Notes: a model not told the origin generated them from the letters alone. Shown: positions 36,700-48,800, numbered from the stretch's first letter. The stretch: 64,000 nt of DNA from Candidatus Moanibacter sp. (GCA_965215885.1 CBDCEW010000081.1:12527-76526), one strand, 5' to 3'. Made by a program: numbers and translations.

Positions 36700-39600
36700 T
36701 CAAGGGTGCGCACGCGCATACGGCCAAAAGAGGAGACGTGCGGCTCGCGTCCTACCACCCCGTAGTGCAGTCCGATTGCGTCCATTCCGCGGTATTGCGG
36801 TCTCGTGATATCGGAGAGAAAGGGAATCCAGTAACCGGGAATCCTCGAATCCGGGAATCTCCTGGTACTCTCCCGTGTAGCGCGAAAGAGCCGTAAATTT
36901 CATTGGAACTCCGTCGAGCCACCAACGGTATCGCCCCGACGCCTCCCACCGTATCTTTAAATGGTATATCTTATCGGAAATCGGAACCGGCTCATCGCAA
37001 TAGGCCTGGTCGCCGGCGGCATGGAGCCTTTTCGTAACGTCACTGTAGACCGTAAAGGCGTACTCGCAAAAGAACCTTCCGAAAATAATCCCTACTTTGA
37101 CCGGCCAATTTGACTCGGCTACGGAATCAATACCGTCGAGCTGGTGTGTTTCGATGACAAACTCCTTTCGAACATCCTCAGTCTTAAATTCGCATTCCAG
37201 CTCCCCGCTGGACAGAGATTGGGGCAGCTCTCCCGTGGTCCATCCGTATGGACTGGTTATCTCCAGCCAGCGATTATCGACTGGGCGCGTCCGGGTTGCC
37301 TCCATGCGGTCATGCGGGTAACCGGGCGCCACCTTTGACCAGGGCTTCCAATGAATCGGGAAGACTTCCTCTTCCACTAGCCCTCGAACAAGTGTGATTG
37401 GAATATACCTAACGCAATAAAAAGCTCGAAACGCGCTTAGATACTGGGAAAACTGTTAATCGACCAAAAAAACCACCCAGAAAAAAAGGACGTTTCGAGT
37501 GAAAAGAAGATACCGCAAGAACCTCCACAATAGCAAGAGAAGAATAAAGCATCGGCTTAGAAATCGGGGCTGGCCTGAACAGGCCAAACCGATGTTCAAA
37601 GCGAGCAACATCCACTACGAGACGGCCGAACGAGGCAAAGGGGTGAGTTGTGGAGGGATAGGAGCGATTCACCTGATGGTGAAGAGACTGGGGTTGGTGG
37701 AAGAGCTCGACCAGAGCGTGCAGTTGCTCAAGCGCCACCTGCCGTATCATGAGAGTGATCGTCAACTAGCCGACAACGCAATTGGGAGGGATCCGGCTCG
37801 AAGACATCTTGCGCCGAAGGACGAGGTTTTTCTGAATGCCTTCCCGGATCCGACGACCTTTCACCCGACGCTTTGATGAAGGGCGATCAATTTGGAAGGG
37901 ATCAACCGGATACGGCAAGGGGCTGGAACAAGCAGGCAAAAGGACATGGAGGATCATCGATGTGGACGGGACGATAGCGCAGACGAGAGGGAAGTGCAAA
38001 GGGGGTATGGGAATAAGCTTAAGGGGATCTGGGGCTATGCACCGCTGATCGTGAGTTTGGCAAATACCAGGGAAGTGCTCTACATGGTGAATCGACCGGG
38101 CAATGAGACTAGCCATGAGGGATGCGTAAAGTGGATTGATCGGGCGGTGGACTTGTGCGTGCGCATGCGGGGAAAATCTGCTTGCGAGGGGATACGGACT
38201 TTTCGTTGACAGAAAACTTCGATCGGTGGGATGAAGAAGGAACGGGATTTATCTTCGGAATGGATGCGCATCCCAAAGTGGTGGGACTGGCCGAGGAGTT
38301 CAGAGAGACGGCCTGGAGCGACTGGAGCGGTTGCCCAAGCATGAAATAGCGACCGAATCGGAGCTAAAGCGCCGCGAGTGAAGGAAGGGATCGTCACCAG
38401 AAGGGTTTTGAAAACAAGGTGCTGGAGGCAGAAAGTGTGGCCGAGTTGGACTATGGCCCAACAAGTGCAAAAAGACCTATCGGATGGTGGTGGTCGTAAG
38501 AACATCAGTGTGCAAAAGGGCGAAGTAGTGCTCTTTGATGAGATCCGCTACTTTTTTTATATCACAAATCGTAGGGACCTGACTAAGGAGCAGGTGGTCG
38601 CCTTTGCGAATCAACGCTGCGATCAGGAGAACGTTATTGAGCAACTCAAAAACGGGGTTAATGCGATGCGTATGCCCGTGGATGATCTTTTGAGCAATTG
38701 GGCCTATATGGTAATGACAGCATTGGCCTGGAACCTGAAGGCGTGGTATGGATTACTCATGCCCAAGGCCAGCGGGGGTTGGAGATCGTGAAGATGGAGT
38801 TTCGGCGCTTCCTTCACGCCATCATCTTGCTCCCCGCGCAAATCATCCGAAGCGGGCGCCGAATTGTTTATCGGCTCTTAAGCTGGAACGAGTGGATGGG
38901 AGATTTTATCAGCACCTGGGAGCGATTCCGATCTATGTGCCTGGGTAGCAGATCAAGTAACCGCGAACGCACAGCCACAACGGAAGGACTGTCGGCGTAT
39001 CCCAAAAAGGGGACAGAACTAACGTTAAAACAGAACGGATATGATCAAAAAAAGCAAAACATGAAACCAGCCCAAGGGTGGCGGCGGCAAAACTACCGCC
39101 AGCATGGCAAATAACGTTAGGAATAACGAAGTTTCCTGTTCAACCTTTAAAGCGCTTATTTTAGGACTAGCGTGTCGTTCCGGTACTCACAATAATGACC
39201 CAGCCGGATTCTCAAGGCCGATGGCTTCCCGCGGAGTAGGGATGGATGCAGAATGCACGCAGCTCCAACTTGCTGATGTCCTGGCCATTCCCGATGAGTC
39301 CAATAGATATCGCCAGCGGATCATCATCGTCGAACGAGAAATCGAATGTCCTGTTTGTGAAATCAAAATTGTGGAATCCAAACCTATGTAGATCCGTCTC
39401 GAGACCGTAAGGAATCTGTGGCGGCGGAAAGGAGATTTTCGGGTCAACAAGACACCGTCCCCGGCACCAGGTGATCGCTTTTCCCGTGTCGAATTTGGCG
39501 ACCTCCTCTACCTTGAATCCATCATATTCATCGTCAGATTGCATGAGGCGGATCCAGCCGTCCCTATCGACCCGGCAATCGACCATGAGTTCATCGTCAC

Positions 39601-39874
39601 TGTCGTAAAGACGAATGGCGTAGATCTTCCCGATATCGATTCTGTCTTCGCCGCCGAATCGCCAGACCTTTCCGGGAATGACTCTCATTCCCACCTCGAC
39701 CTTTCCACGCCCGTCAGTAATCGGCTCTTTGAGAAAGCGGCAACATTCAATTCCCTCTTTGCCGACCCCCTCAAGGGAGCCGTCCATCACGAGATACCCG
39801 TCCCTGCCGAACTCGTAGGAGCCACTGTCGATGGTATCATGCCAGTTAAAATCCTGCGAAACGATTTCTTCCAT
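36700..39874 (-). pseudogene. Hypothetical gene split by an IS1380-like insertion, with an extra frameshift near 39230
   Basis: Removing the IS and one CTAG joins ...YRNDTL|VEEEVFPIHWK in frame. Confidence 0.65.
37381..39166 (+). mobile_element. Degraded IS1380-family element
   Basis: CTAG TSD at 37377-37380 and 39167-39170. Multiply frameshifted transposase with HLPYHESD, IDVDGT, WGYAPL, LRGDTDFS, RCDQENVIEQLK and LAWNL. Confidence 0.82.
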
Positions 39875-40257
39875 TGGTATCTCCAGCTTGGCTGAATATG
39901 CTAATCTCTCTTTTGGGTAGTCCTCCTTCTCAGTGTTACTATTCGTCAGATCTTAGTTTCTTGAGCAAGTTTTTTCTTTCAAAGAAGTATAAGATGCTGG
40001 AATTCAAAGTGTTGTGATCGACAAGGTTCGCGACGAGGTTTCCAAGGGAAGTAGGAGTTTCCTTCTGCATTCGCGTCCATCTGCGTGTATTTGCGGTTCT
40101 CTTCTTCTTTTTTGGTTGCGGCTTTGCTGCTCTTGGATATATACGGACTGAATCCGTTTCCGGCCCGTCCTGAGCGTAGTCGAAGGAAGGCCACGGTTCA
40201 CTCTGGCTCGATAGAACCTGTTTCGATGGGCGCGGTCCTACAAAAGAAGGCGTTGAC

Positions 40258-40816
40258 TCACTCCCCAATAACCCGCCTACCCGAAAGCAACCAATCCTCA
40301 TCGAACGACACGTGCTCGATGTGGTGATAATTTTGCGAATAGAAGAGGTGCCAAATGCCATCGCTCGTTTGCAGAAGTTTCGGATAGCCGTAGCTACCGC
40401 TTTTGGCCTCAACGTCCCTTACACTCAGAGTCTTGCCCCCGTCACCGGATATCCCGACGGAGAGCGGAACTCGTTCCGCGTAGCTGTCGTTATACACGAT
40501 CAGAAAGCTCTCGGATGTCCTGCTCAGGGAAATATCGATTCCGGAGCTCGGGTTTCTCAAATTGGTTTGCACCGGCGCTGAAAACGATTCGCAGTCATCC
40601 GTGGAGCTTGCCTTCCAGATATGTCCGGGCATAGGACTTTCGTATCTTGCTTGAAAGGAGAGGTAGCAGCAGGGCGCCGGCAATCCGCTGATCTTCACAG
40701 CTCTCATGTGTCGCGCAATACCATGTGACAAATATGCCACCATCCTCCAGCTCAATGGCGTTCGGCGCATGACCGAAAGGCATTACATTCTCGATTGATT
40801 CTCTTTGTGGTTCCAT
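40258..40816 (-). pseudogene. BNR/sialidase-fold protein, internally deleted and frameshifted
   Basis: N-terminal HAPNAIEL.DG...TWY; C-terminal NPSSGID, SGDGGKT and YGYP in another frame. Confidence 0.7.
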
Positions 40817-42419
40817 TATTTCATTCGCTCCGCCATATGTTCGGCGATCATTACCGTAGTTAAGTGAGTATTGGCGCGAGGAATCTCAGGCATGATCGAG
40901 GCATCAATGACGCGTAGTCCTTCAACGCCGATGACTCGGCAGTCCGGGTCTACGACGGAACGCACGTCATCCGGCGGCCCCATACGGCAAGTCCCGGAGA
41001 CATGACTGGGCTCGCCGCAGTTTGTCAGGAGCCACTCTTCGATTTGTGCATCTTCGGCAAATTCTTCGATCCCTCGACCGGTACCGCCGACCTGAACCTT
41101 TTCCGCGATCGCCGCGAAAGCCGGATGCTCTGCAATTTCAATTGCCCTCCTTATGCCGTCACGCAATCGAACGAGATCGCGCTCGTCAGAAAGCATTCGC
41201 TCATCGAATTCGGGATCCGATTCAGGGTGCCGCGAAGTAATGCGCAATCGGCCCCGAGAGAAGGATTGGAAAACGGAAAGAAAGATTGAACCCTTGGTCA
41301 GTGCCTTTTCGTCGATGCAGCCACCCCATATATTCTCGGAGACGAGAATCATGTCATTGGGGCCGGCTCCGGCCAGACCGGAGCTGTAGCGCACGCAACA
41401 GTTGTAGGGCCGCAGGTGAATGGATTCTGCTCTGGCTTCAGGTCGCAAAATGAGGGTGAGTTTTACGGCCGGATGATCAAGCAGATTCTGTCCGACCGAA
41501 GGAGCATCAACGATGGAGTCAATGTTGAGGGCCTGAAGCTCATGGGCGGGACCGATGCCCGACCGCATCAGGATAGCGGGGGAGTGAATCGCACCCGCGC
41601 AAAGCACGATCTCCGAGCCTGCGAAATTTGTCCACCCCTCGCTCGTGTAGACACGAATTCCGGAGGCGCGCCGACTCTTTAATCCGTTGGAAGAACCGTT
41701 TTCGAATAGCACTCGGTCGACGAGCGCTCCTCCGACAATCTCCAGATTGGCGCGGCCGCGCGATGGCTCCAGATATGCGTCATTCGTCGAGACGCGTGCG
41801 CCATCGCGGGCGTTCATTGCGAAAGGCGAGACGCCTGTGCTCTCTGGAGCGTTATGATCGTCGGACCAGCCGTAGCCAAGATCGAGCGCCGCGTCCCGTA
41901 GTGCATGATCGACGGCTCCCCAATCTTCGATCGGTGACCGATAGATCGGGATGGGACCATCGCGGCCGTGGTAGGGTTTGTCCGCGAAGTCGAGATCGTC
42001 TTCGAGGCGAATAAAGGCGGGCAATACCTCCTTAGCCGACCAACCGGCGCAGCCGAGCTCGGTCCATGTGTCAAAGTCTTCGGGCGACCCTCGGATGGCG
42101 ACCAGTCCATTGACGGCCGAGCTGCCACCCATGCCACGCCCCCGGGCGTAGTATCTCGGATCCTGTCTGTGAGTCCGCCGACCTCTGAGTTCGGGCCACC
42201 AGAATTTATCTAGGTACCTCTCCGATAGGGATATCTCGCTACCACGCAAGCTGCGTATCTCCGACGGTGTATTTATTGAACGGTAGTTCGGGCCGGCCTC
42301 GAGCAACAGTACCGAGACGGAGGGGTCTTCCGAGAGGCGGGCAGCAAGTGTCGCTCCGGCGGAACCGGCACCGACAACGATTATGTCGTAGCTCTTCGCC
42401 CCTCTTTACGTGAATTCAT
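40816..42419 (-). CDS. GMC family oxidoreductase (choline dehydrogenase-like); nearest ATG is out of frame
   Basis: YDIIVVGAGSAG at about 42390, GGSSAVN, GAIHSP.IL.RSGIG, H..GTCRMG, LRVIDASIMP and NT. Confidence 0.85.
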
Positions 42420-42530
42420 GGGCTAATGATTGTGAACGCCGGCGATGCAGAAGAGATGGGCAAGCATTGACAGCGTAAAGTGTCGTTTTCAATCTATGAT
42501 TCTGTCAATTGGTTTACAGTAATAACACCT

Positions 42531-43866
42531 CACTACTGTCCGGTTGTTTTTCTAGGAACGCAGGTTAATCGATTGATAACCAACATTTTACATATGATTT
42601 CTGCTGTTTTCGACTTGAAATTGCAAAAAGCCTTGTGGACTCTCAAAAATTTCGAGGGTCCAAATCATGTATACAGGTCGATTCGTTTTTTCTCAAATCA
42701 TAGATTATCTTCCGCGCCATCAGTTCCATCGTTGCGTCCAACGCTACGGAGGCGACTACAAAGTTCAAAAGTTCAGTTGCTTCGAACAATTTCTCTGCAT
42801 GGGTTTTGCCGAGTTGACCTACCGGGAGAGTCTGCGCGACATCGAAACCTGCCTGCGGGCAGTACAACCAAAACTATACCACGCAGGGCTTCGAAGCGGA
42901 GTATCCAAAAGCACGCTCGCCGATGCCAACGAGAAACGAGACTGGCGCATCTACGCCGACTTTGCACAGGTCCTCATCGCAATGGCTCGTCCTTTGTATT
43001 CAAACGAGGATCTGGGCATCGACCTGGACAATACGCTCTACGCTCTGGACTCCACCACGATCGATCTATGTCTATCACTCTTCCCGTGGGCACGTTTCCG
43101 CAAGCACAAGGGGGCGGTGAAGGTCCATACGCTTCTCGATCTCAGAGGCTCTATCCCTTATTTTATCGAGATTACCGATGGAAAAGTTCACGACGTAAAC
43201 ATTCTGGATCTCATCATCCCCGAGGCCGGTGCTTACTATGTAATGGACCGAGCCTATCTGCATTACGAGCGCCTCTATCGGATCGCACAATGCGGTTCTT
43301 TCTTCGTCACACGCGCCCGCCGCGGCTTTCAGTTTCGCCGCCTCTACTCTCAAAAGGTCGACAAATCAACCGGTCTGCGTTCGGACCAGACCGTTGCCCT
43401 GGTCAGCTTCTATCCTGCCAAGGCCTACCCCGAAAGACTCCGGCGTATCACTTACCTCGACCCCGACAGTTCCGAGCGCTTCGTGTTTCTCACCAACCAG
43501 TTTGCCCTCCCAGCCATAATCATCACCCAGATTTACCGTTTACGCTGGCAGATCGAATTGTTCTTCAAATGGATCAAACAGCACTTGCGCATCAAGAGCT
43601 TTTTCGGCACCTCCGAGAATGCTGTGAAGACTCAAATCTGGATTGCCGTCAGCGTCTATGTGCTCATCGCCATCATCCGCAAACGCCTTCGCCTGGAGAT
43701 CAGTTTGCACAAAATCCTACAGATTCTCAGCTTCACCCTATTTGAGAAAACTCCTATGACTGAACTACTTACAGAAACCGATTACACTTTCAATGAACAC
43801 CGCATTCCTAAACAGTTGGAGTTGTTTGACTTATAACCGGACAGTACTGATAACCGGACAGTACTG
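42531..43866 (+). mobile_element. IS4-family element with a tandemly duplicated right end
   Basis: TIR CACTACTGTCCCGGTT / AACCGGACAGTACTG; 9-bp TSD ATAACACCT at 42522-42530 and 43867-43875. Confidence 0.9.
42667..43836 (+). CDS. IS4-family transposase (DUF4372-type N-terminus)
   Basis: LDSTTI, MDRAY and YRLRWQIELFFKWIKQHL. Confidence 0.93.
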   Translation: MYTGRFVFSQIIDYLPRHQFHRCVQRYGGDYKVQKFSCFEQFLCMGFAELTYRESLRDIETCLRAVQPKLYHAGLRSGVSKSTLADANEKRDWRIYADFAQVLIAMARPLYSNEDLGIDLDNTLYALDSTTIDLCLSLFPWARFRKHKGAVKVHTLLDLRGSIPYFIEITDGKVHDVNILDLIIPEAGAYYVMDRAYLHYERLYRIAQCGSFFVTRARRGFQFRRLYSQKVDKSTGLRSDQTVALVSFYPAKAYPERLRRITYLDPDSSERFVFLTNQFALPAIIITQIYRLRWQIELFFKWIKQHLRIKSFFGTSENAVKTQIWIAVSVYVLIAIIRKRLRLEISLHKILQILSFTLFEKTPMTELLTETDYTFNEHRIPKQLELFDL

Positions 43867-43938
43867 ATAACACCTTACTTGCAAAAGGTAGGTTTGCGAG
43901 CGAGACGGGGCATGTAGGACTGCGCTCGCGCAGGATGT

Positions 43939-44016
43939 GTAGCCGCGTCCGCAAGGACGCGGAGCGACGATCCACGGTTAATGACGGAACGTCCGCGTCC
44001 TTGCGGACGCGGCTAC
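43939..44016. repeat. GTAG-type REP doublet
   Basis: GTAGCCGCGTCCGCAAGGACGCGGA ... TCCGCGTCCTTGCGGACGCGGCTAC. Confidence 0.82.
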
Positions 44017-44142
44017 GCCCTCGGCTGATATGTGGGGCGAAAATTCCATTTCGATCACTAATTGACACGAGGTCATAGCTTTCGGAATTCCAGTCGCTTA
44101 AACGGCTTGCGCAGAATGCAATTGTTGGAGAATGATTGAGCC

Positions 44143-45267
44143 ATGGTTATCAGATCGCCTGACCCAGCAATACTCCTCGAGGATGAAACGCTTCTGACCG
44201 ACCCCTCTTCCCTTCCTGAAGCTCCGGGGCGGACGAGCACGGTCTACCGGGCGGAAGAGGGCGGCTTCCAGTTTAACCTGCACTCCTACCTGGAGCACTT
44301 TGATGGTTGTTTCTGGGCAATCTGGTCGTCGGGATTAATCGACGAGGACAGTCCCAGCCAGACCATTCGCTACGCCTCCAGCGAGGACGGGCACAATTGG
44401 AGTGAAAGTTCCGTGTTGACCGGGCCGCCGCAAGTGGAAGATGGCCCGGGCATCTGCATCGCGCGGGGAATTTTCGTCCACTGCGGAGCGCTCACAGCGC
44501 TCATCGCCTTTCTCGACCGCGATTGTGGATCAACGTGGGAGAACCGGGAAGCGTGGCCTCGCGGCTGGCCCGAACGGTGGATCAACCTTCGCCTTATGAA
44601 ATTTCAGCGGGACGGCGAGAGATGGGAAAAGGGGAGCGTTTTTCTCGACGACGCAATGAGTAATTATCCACCCCGAAGGCTGGGCGACCGGCTGTTCATG
44701 ACGGTGCGCAACAGCTACGTAAAATTGCAAACCGCCCTGTCGGACACACTCGAAGGCGAGCTATGGACGCGGGTGATCCTTCCGGGAGAGCCACCGCACG
44801 ACTTCCTTACGGAATGCAGCTGGTACGTGGACCCGGACGGGATCGTGCACCTGTTGGGAAGAGACGACCGGCAGAGCAAGTATCTTTATCATTCCACCAG
44901 TAGGGATCGAGGTGTCGCTTGGTCTGCGCCTGTAAGAACGAATTATCCCGATGCGATGAGTAAGAATTACAGCGGTCTCCTCTCGAATGGCTGGTACTAT
45001 TTGATCAACAACCCGGTTAGAGAGGGCTTCACGACATGCGATCCGCTCACCATCTCATTGAGTCGAGACGGCTGGTCCTTTGCCCACCCGAAGAATCTGC
45101 GTCGGCATGCTCCACCACAGCGATTTACAGGTAGGGGAAAAGATGAGAACAGCTTTCAATATCCACACGCCCTTGAGCACGAGCAGTCACTTTGGGTCAT
45201 CTACTCGACGAACAAGGAGGATATCGAAATCAGCCAATACGACATCGAGCGGTTGGTGCCGGGGTGA
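44143..45267 (+). CDS. BNR/sialidase-fold protein
   Basis: SEDGHNW, SRDRGVAW, SRDGWSF, QYPHA and YSTNKEDI. Confidence 0.82.
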   Translation: MVIRSPDPAILLEDETLLTDPSSLPEAPGRTSTVYRAEEGGFQFNLHSYLEHFDGCFWAIWSSGLIDEDSPSQTIRYASSEDGHNWSESSVLTGPPQVEDGPGICIARGIFVHCGALTALIAFLDRDCGSTWENREAWPRGWPERWINLRLMKFQRDGERWEKGSVFLDDAMSNYPPRRLGDRLFMTVRNSYVKLQTALSDTLEGELWTRVILPGEPPHDFLTECSWYVDPDGIVHLLGRDDRQSKYLYHSTSRDRGVAWSAPVRTNYPDAMSKNYSGLLSNGWYYLINNPVREGFTTCDPLTISLSRDGWSFAHPKNLRRHAPPQRFTGRGKDENSFQYPHALEHEQSLWVIYSTNKEDIEISQYDIERLVPG

Positions 45268-45431
45268 GTGGAGATGCGGGATGCGGGGGCGGGATGCGGT
45301 TCAGAATAGGTGTGCGAAGTTTCGTGGGGAATCGGTAAAAACATGGCCTTGATCGTGGATTGGGCACGTGATTACGGCTGCATGTACTGTGAGATATCAA
45401 GGCGGCATGAAAAAAGGAAAGGGAGAAATGG

Positions 45432-46121
45432 TTGGCCGAGGTGGGGACATGGGAAGGCCGAGACCTGGTGGGCGGAGTCGACGTCTGGCCATGGGTCGAC
45501 TGCGAATGTGTGCTAGTCGATTACGAACTGGTTCTGGAAGCGCCGTTCTATTTGAATACCGCCGGCCTTGGCGATATTCTCTGCGAGTATGCCGGGCTGG
45601 TAGAATGGCGGTGGAGAGCTCGCAACGGCCAGGGCCCGCCTTTTGATGAGGCAATGACGGCTCCCGTTATACGTTACCATGAAGAGCTCACTCGGAATTT
45701 CGAGGAAACGCTCGATGGAGGAGGCAACCTGACGGTCGGGAGCGTGCAGAATATCATGAGACGACTACAGGAACGGGATTCCAAAGCTCTCCGACACCCG
45801 GCTGCGAAGAGTGGGGACCATCCTTTCTGGATGGCTCTGGAAATGCTGAATGACCGATCATGGATTCATGGAGAGGTCGTCGCCTTGGGCGCACTGATTA
45901 TCGCCTGGCACGGAGATGGGCAGCCCGAAGATCTGATTGGAAGGCTGGACCGATGCAAGGTGCGTCGCCGGCCAGACAAGATAGGTCTGAGCCGCGAGCA
46001 GCTGCGTGCCGGACTGGCATTCGTACCCGGATATTTGGAGGCTCGGGAGATCGACTCAATATTTCGCCACAGGCCGATTACGGGAGAGAGGTTCGAAGCG
46101 CTTTGGGATTTCCTAGAGTAG
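45432..46121 (+). pseudogene. Glycerol(-1-phosphate) dehydrogenase / Fe-ADH family C-terminal fragment
   Basis: AP..LNTAGLGDIL, SGDH and HGEVVALG; NAD-binding N-terminus is absent. Confidence 0.6.
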
Positions 46122-46168
46122 AAATCTTTGTTTGCCTTCGAGGTACCCTTTTCTATCTTGAGGACGGA

Positions 46169-46912
46169 ATGAGCGAAAGAAAGACATTCTTCGAAGAGAA
46201 CGGCTACCTTATCGCGAAGAGTGTATTTTCTTTGGAGAAAATCGGAGCTCTGGAAGAGGACTTTGATCGGATTGTTCAGCAGCTCGAGAGGGGTGATGAT
46301 GACGAAGCCCGAGCCAAGGGAAATATTCACACCCAAAATCCTCACCAATACTCCGGTAGATGGATGGCGGCGCTGCTGGAAGGAGGATTTCTCGATATTG
46401 TTGAAGGGCTGATCGGTCCCGATATCGTGCTCAGTCATTCCAATCTGACGGAGAAGAGAAAGAGCATCAACCGATCATCGATTGAAATGCACCAGGACTG
46501 GAGCTACATGGCGACGCTTGAGAACACTCTAATCACCGGCATGATCCACGTCAGTGAGGCTTCGAAAGAAATGGGTTGTCTCAGGGTCTTCCCCGGGTCG
46601 CATCAAAGGGGACGAATGAAACAATCCAAAAGGAAAGATACCTCATTCCAAGAGCGGTATCCCATAGAGGGCGCCACCCCGCTTGAAGCTGAGCCGGGCG
46701 ATGTCACCTTCTTCCACTATTTCATGGTTCACGGATCGATGCCGAACCTCTCGGAGAAGCCAAGAAAAACTGTAATTGTCCGGATGCTCTCGGGTCGGGA
46801 TCGAATGGAAGATATCTATGGGTCCAGCGAGAATCTTGTATTGCGTGGATTTAACTATCACACGACGTTCGGAACGGCGATGAAGGGAGTGGTGAAAGTT
46901 GGGGAGAAGTAG
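46169..46912 (+). CDS. PhyH family dioxygenase
   Basis: MHQDWSY, PGSH and PGDVTFFHY.MVHGS.PN...RK. Confidence 0.88.
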   Translation: MSERKTFFEENGYLIAKSVFSLEKIGALEEDFDRIVQQLERGDDDEARAKGNIHTQNPHQYSGRWMAALLEGGFLDIVEGLIGPDIVLSHSNLTEKRKSINRSSIEMHQDWSYMATLENTLITGMIHVSEASKEMGCLRVFPGSHQRGRMKQSKRKDTSFQERYPIEGATPLEAEPGDVTFFHYFMVHGSMPNLSEKPRKTVIVRMLSGRDRMEDIYGSSENLVLRGFNYHTTFGTAMKGVVKVGEK

Positions 46913-47214
46913 ACGCGGCCTTTTCCAAAGAGGCGTAGCTGCAACCAGAGAAGAAGAGGGGGAGAAATTGAGACGGGGAGATGGGAAAGCAACGAATAAA
47001 AGGACTGCAACGAATGGGGGGCAACCCTCCCCGATCCCGCTCAACGGGACACACCTCCAAGGAGGAGATTTCCCAACGGTAAAGCAGAATGTAGGACCGC
47101 GCTTGCGCGGGATGAACCAGGTTTGAATTTCGATCGGTGATTATCCTCCGCCCTTCGGCGAGGCTCAGGGCCTCCGGCAGGCGGAGTCCTACATCCTTCG
47201 GCGTTCAATGTGAC

Positions 47215-47352
47215 ATGAAAATCAAGGACATACGAGCCTTCCCCATCGACCTCACGCCGAGCATCCAGACAGAGCCTCGGGTTGAAACCCGAGGCTTCGC
47301 GACCATGCCCGTTCCGGGCAATCTGGCCAGACACGTGATTTTCAGTCGCTGA
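47215..47352 (+). pseudogene. Enolase-superfamily (mandelate racemase-like) N-terminal stub
   Basis: MKIKDIRAFPIDL..., terminates after about 45 aa. Confidence 0.4.
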
Positions 47353-47559
47353 GGGTTCGGTGATCCACGCTTAAGGTAACGCCAATGCGCTTAGCGGGAC
47401 TACACAGTCTGATCCAGAACGTAGCGAAAAGCGGCAGCTTTTCGATCTCTGTGAATATTCGAGAACGAGGACGAGCGCCAGAAAAAGAACTCTGTCTGAT
47501 CCTCCCAGCGGGCAACTTTCGCCGACGAAAGGTCTGAAAATCAAATCAGGATTTCCGGA

Positions 47560-48684
47560 TTAGAGATCCCGGCAGAGGTCCTCGAGCGAAAATTGCGAAA
47601 GCTCAATGTCTTCTTTGTTTATTGAGTAGATGACCCAGAGCGATTTGTCGTGCTCGAGCGCGTGCGGGTAGGAAAATCCGATATCCTTGGCGCGTCCTTC
47701 GAACCGGCGGGCAGGAGCGCCCGCCCGCAGCAAGCGTGGATGCGCAAAGGTCCACCCATCCCGGCTGAATGAAAGACCCAATGGATCCCGACTCTCAGCT
47801 GTTTCTCGAGGGCGTGGAGATTGCTTCGGATTATTGATCAGGTAATAGAGACCGTTACTCAGGCGTTGGCTGAAATTCTTGCTCGTAGCATCGGGATAAT
47901 CTGTCTGCACCGGTTGCGTCCACGTTTTCCCGCCGTCGCGGCTTAGCGATCGGAAAAGGAATCCGCCCCAACCCTTATCGCGAAATATCAGGTGAACGAT
48001 TCCATCGGGATCAAGATACCAGCTGGGTTCACTCATCGGGTGTTCAGGAGTCACTCCCGGAAGAAGCGAAACCTGCCAGATGTCACCCGACAGATCCTCA
48101 GAGAGTGCCGTGTACATCTTTCCTCCATCTCGACGCAGGGTCATAAAGAGGCGGCTGCCGATCGGACGGGGCGGATAGTTGTTCAGTGCATCTTCCAGGA
48201 TGACGCTGTCAAGTTCCCAGTCGGTTCCGCTCCAGAGATAGCGTTTAAGACGGCTGGTTGAGGCAGTATCAGGGTTATCTTTGGGATCGCGCTCATACAC
48301 CAGCGCAGTCAGAAGCCCCCGAATTAAAAAGATTCCCCGGGCGATGCACGTCGCCAAGCCCTTCTCTGAACTGGACGGCTCGGCCAGAGTTTCCGGTGCC
48401 GTCCAATTGTCCCCGTCAGCACTTCGAGAGTATCGGATAATCTGTCCGGGACGATCTTCATCCTTAAATCCTGCGGACCACATGGCCCAGAATTCGTCCT
48501 CGTATCGAGAAATGTAGGGATGGTGGGCATACAGGCGATCGCCCTCGGCCGCTCGATAAACGACACTTGTCTTTGAAAGAATCAGTGCGCAATCAGCGGG
48601 CGATTTCCACGCATCCGGATCATTCAGGAGCAGTGTGGGATCCTTACCGCTTGGCGAGGGTCGAATCCTTCGGTCAGAATTCAT
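47560..48684 (-). CDS. BNR/sialidase-fold protein (paralogue of 44143-45267)
   Basis: SADGDNW, SRDGGKTW, SRDGWTF, SYPHA and YSINKEDI. Confidence 0.82.
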   Translation of the reverse strand: MNSDRRIRPSPSGKDPTLLLNDPDAWKSPADCALILSKTSVVYRAAEGDRLYAHHPYISRYEDEFWAMWSAGFKDEDRPGQIIRYSRSADGDNWTAPETLAEPSSSEKGLATCIARGIFLIRGLLTALVYERDPKDNPDTASTSRLKRYLWSGTDWELDSVILEDALNNYPPRPIGSRLFMTLRRDGGKMYTALSEDLSGDIWQVSLLPGVTPEHPMSEPSWYLDPDGIVHLIFRDKGWGGFLFRSLSRDGGKTWTQPVQTDYPDATSKNFSQRLSNGLYYLINNPKQSPRPRETAESRDPLGLSFSRDGWTFAHPRLLRAGAPARRFEGRAKDIGFSYPHALEHDKSLWVIYSINKEDIELSQFSLEDLCRDL

Positions 48685-48800
48685 ACTATTTGTGAAACGA
48701 TTAGAATGTGCGAAAAAAATGCCGAGAATAAACCCTTCGCGCGACTTTGTTTACGAAATCATCGGCCCCGACCAAATTGAACAGAACTCCAGTTCAGCGG

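Noticed and set aside
42480..43745. 421-aa alternative-frame ORF over the IS4 transposase
   Set aside because: Starts outside the element, has low-complexity R/S/P-rich composition, and the other frame carries the transposase motifs.
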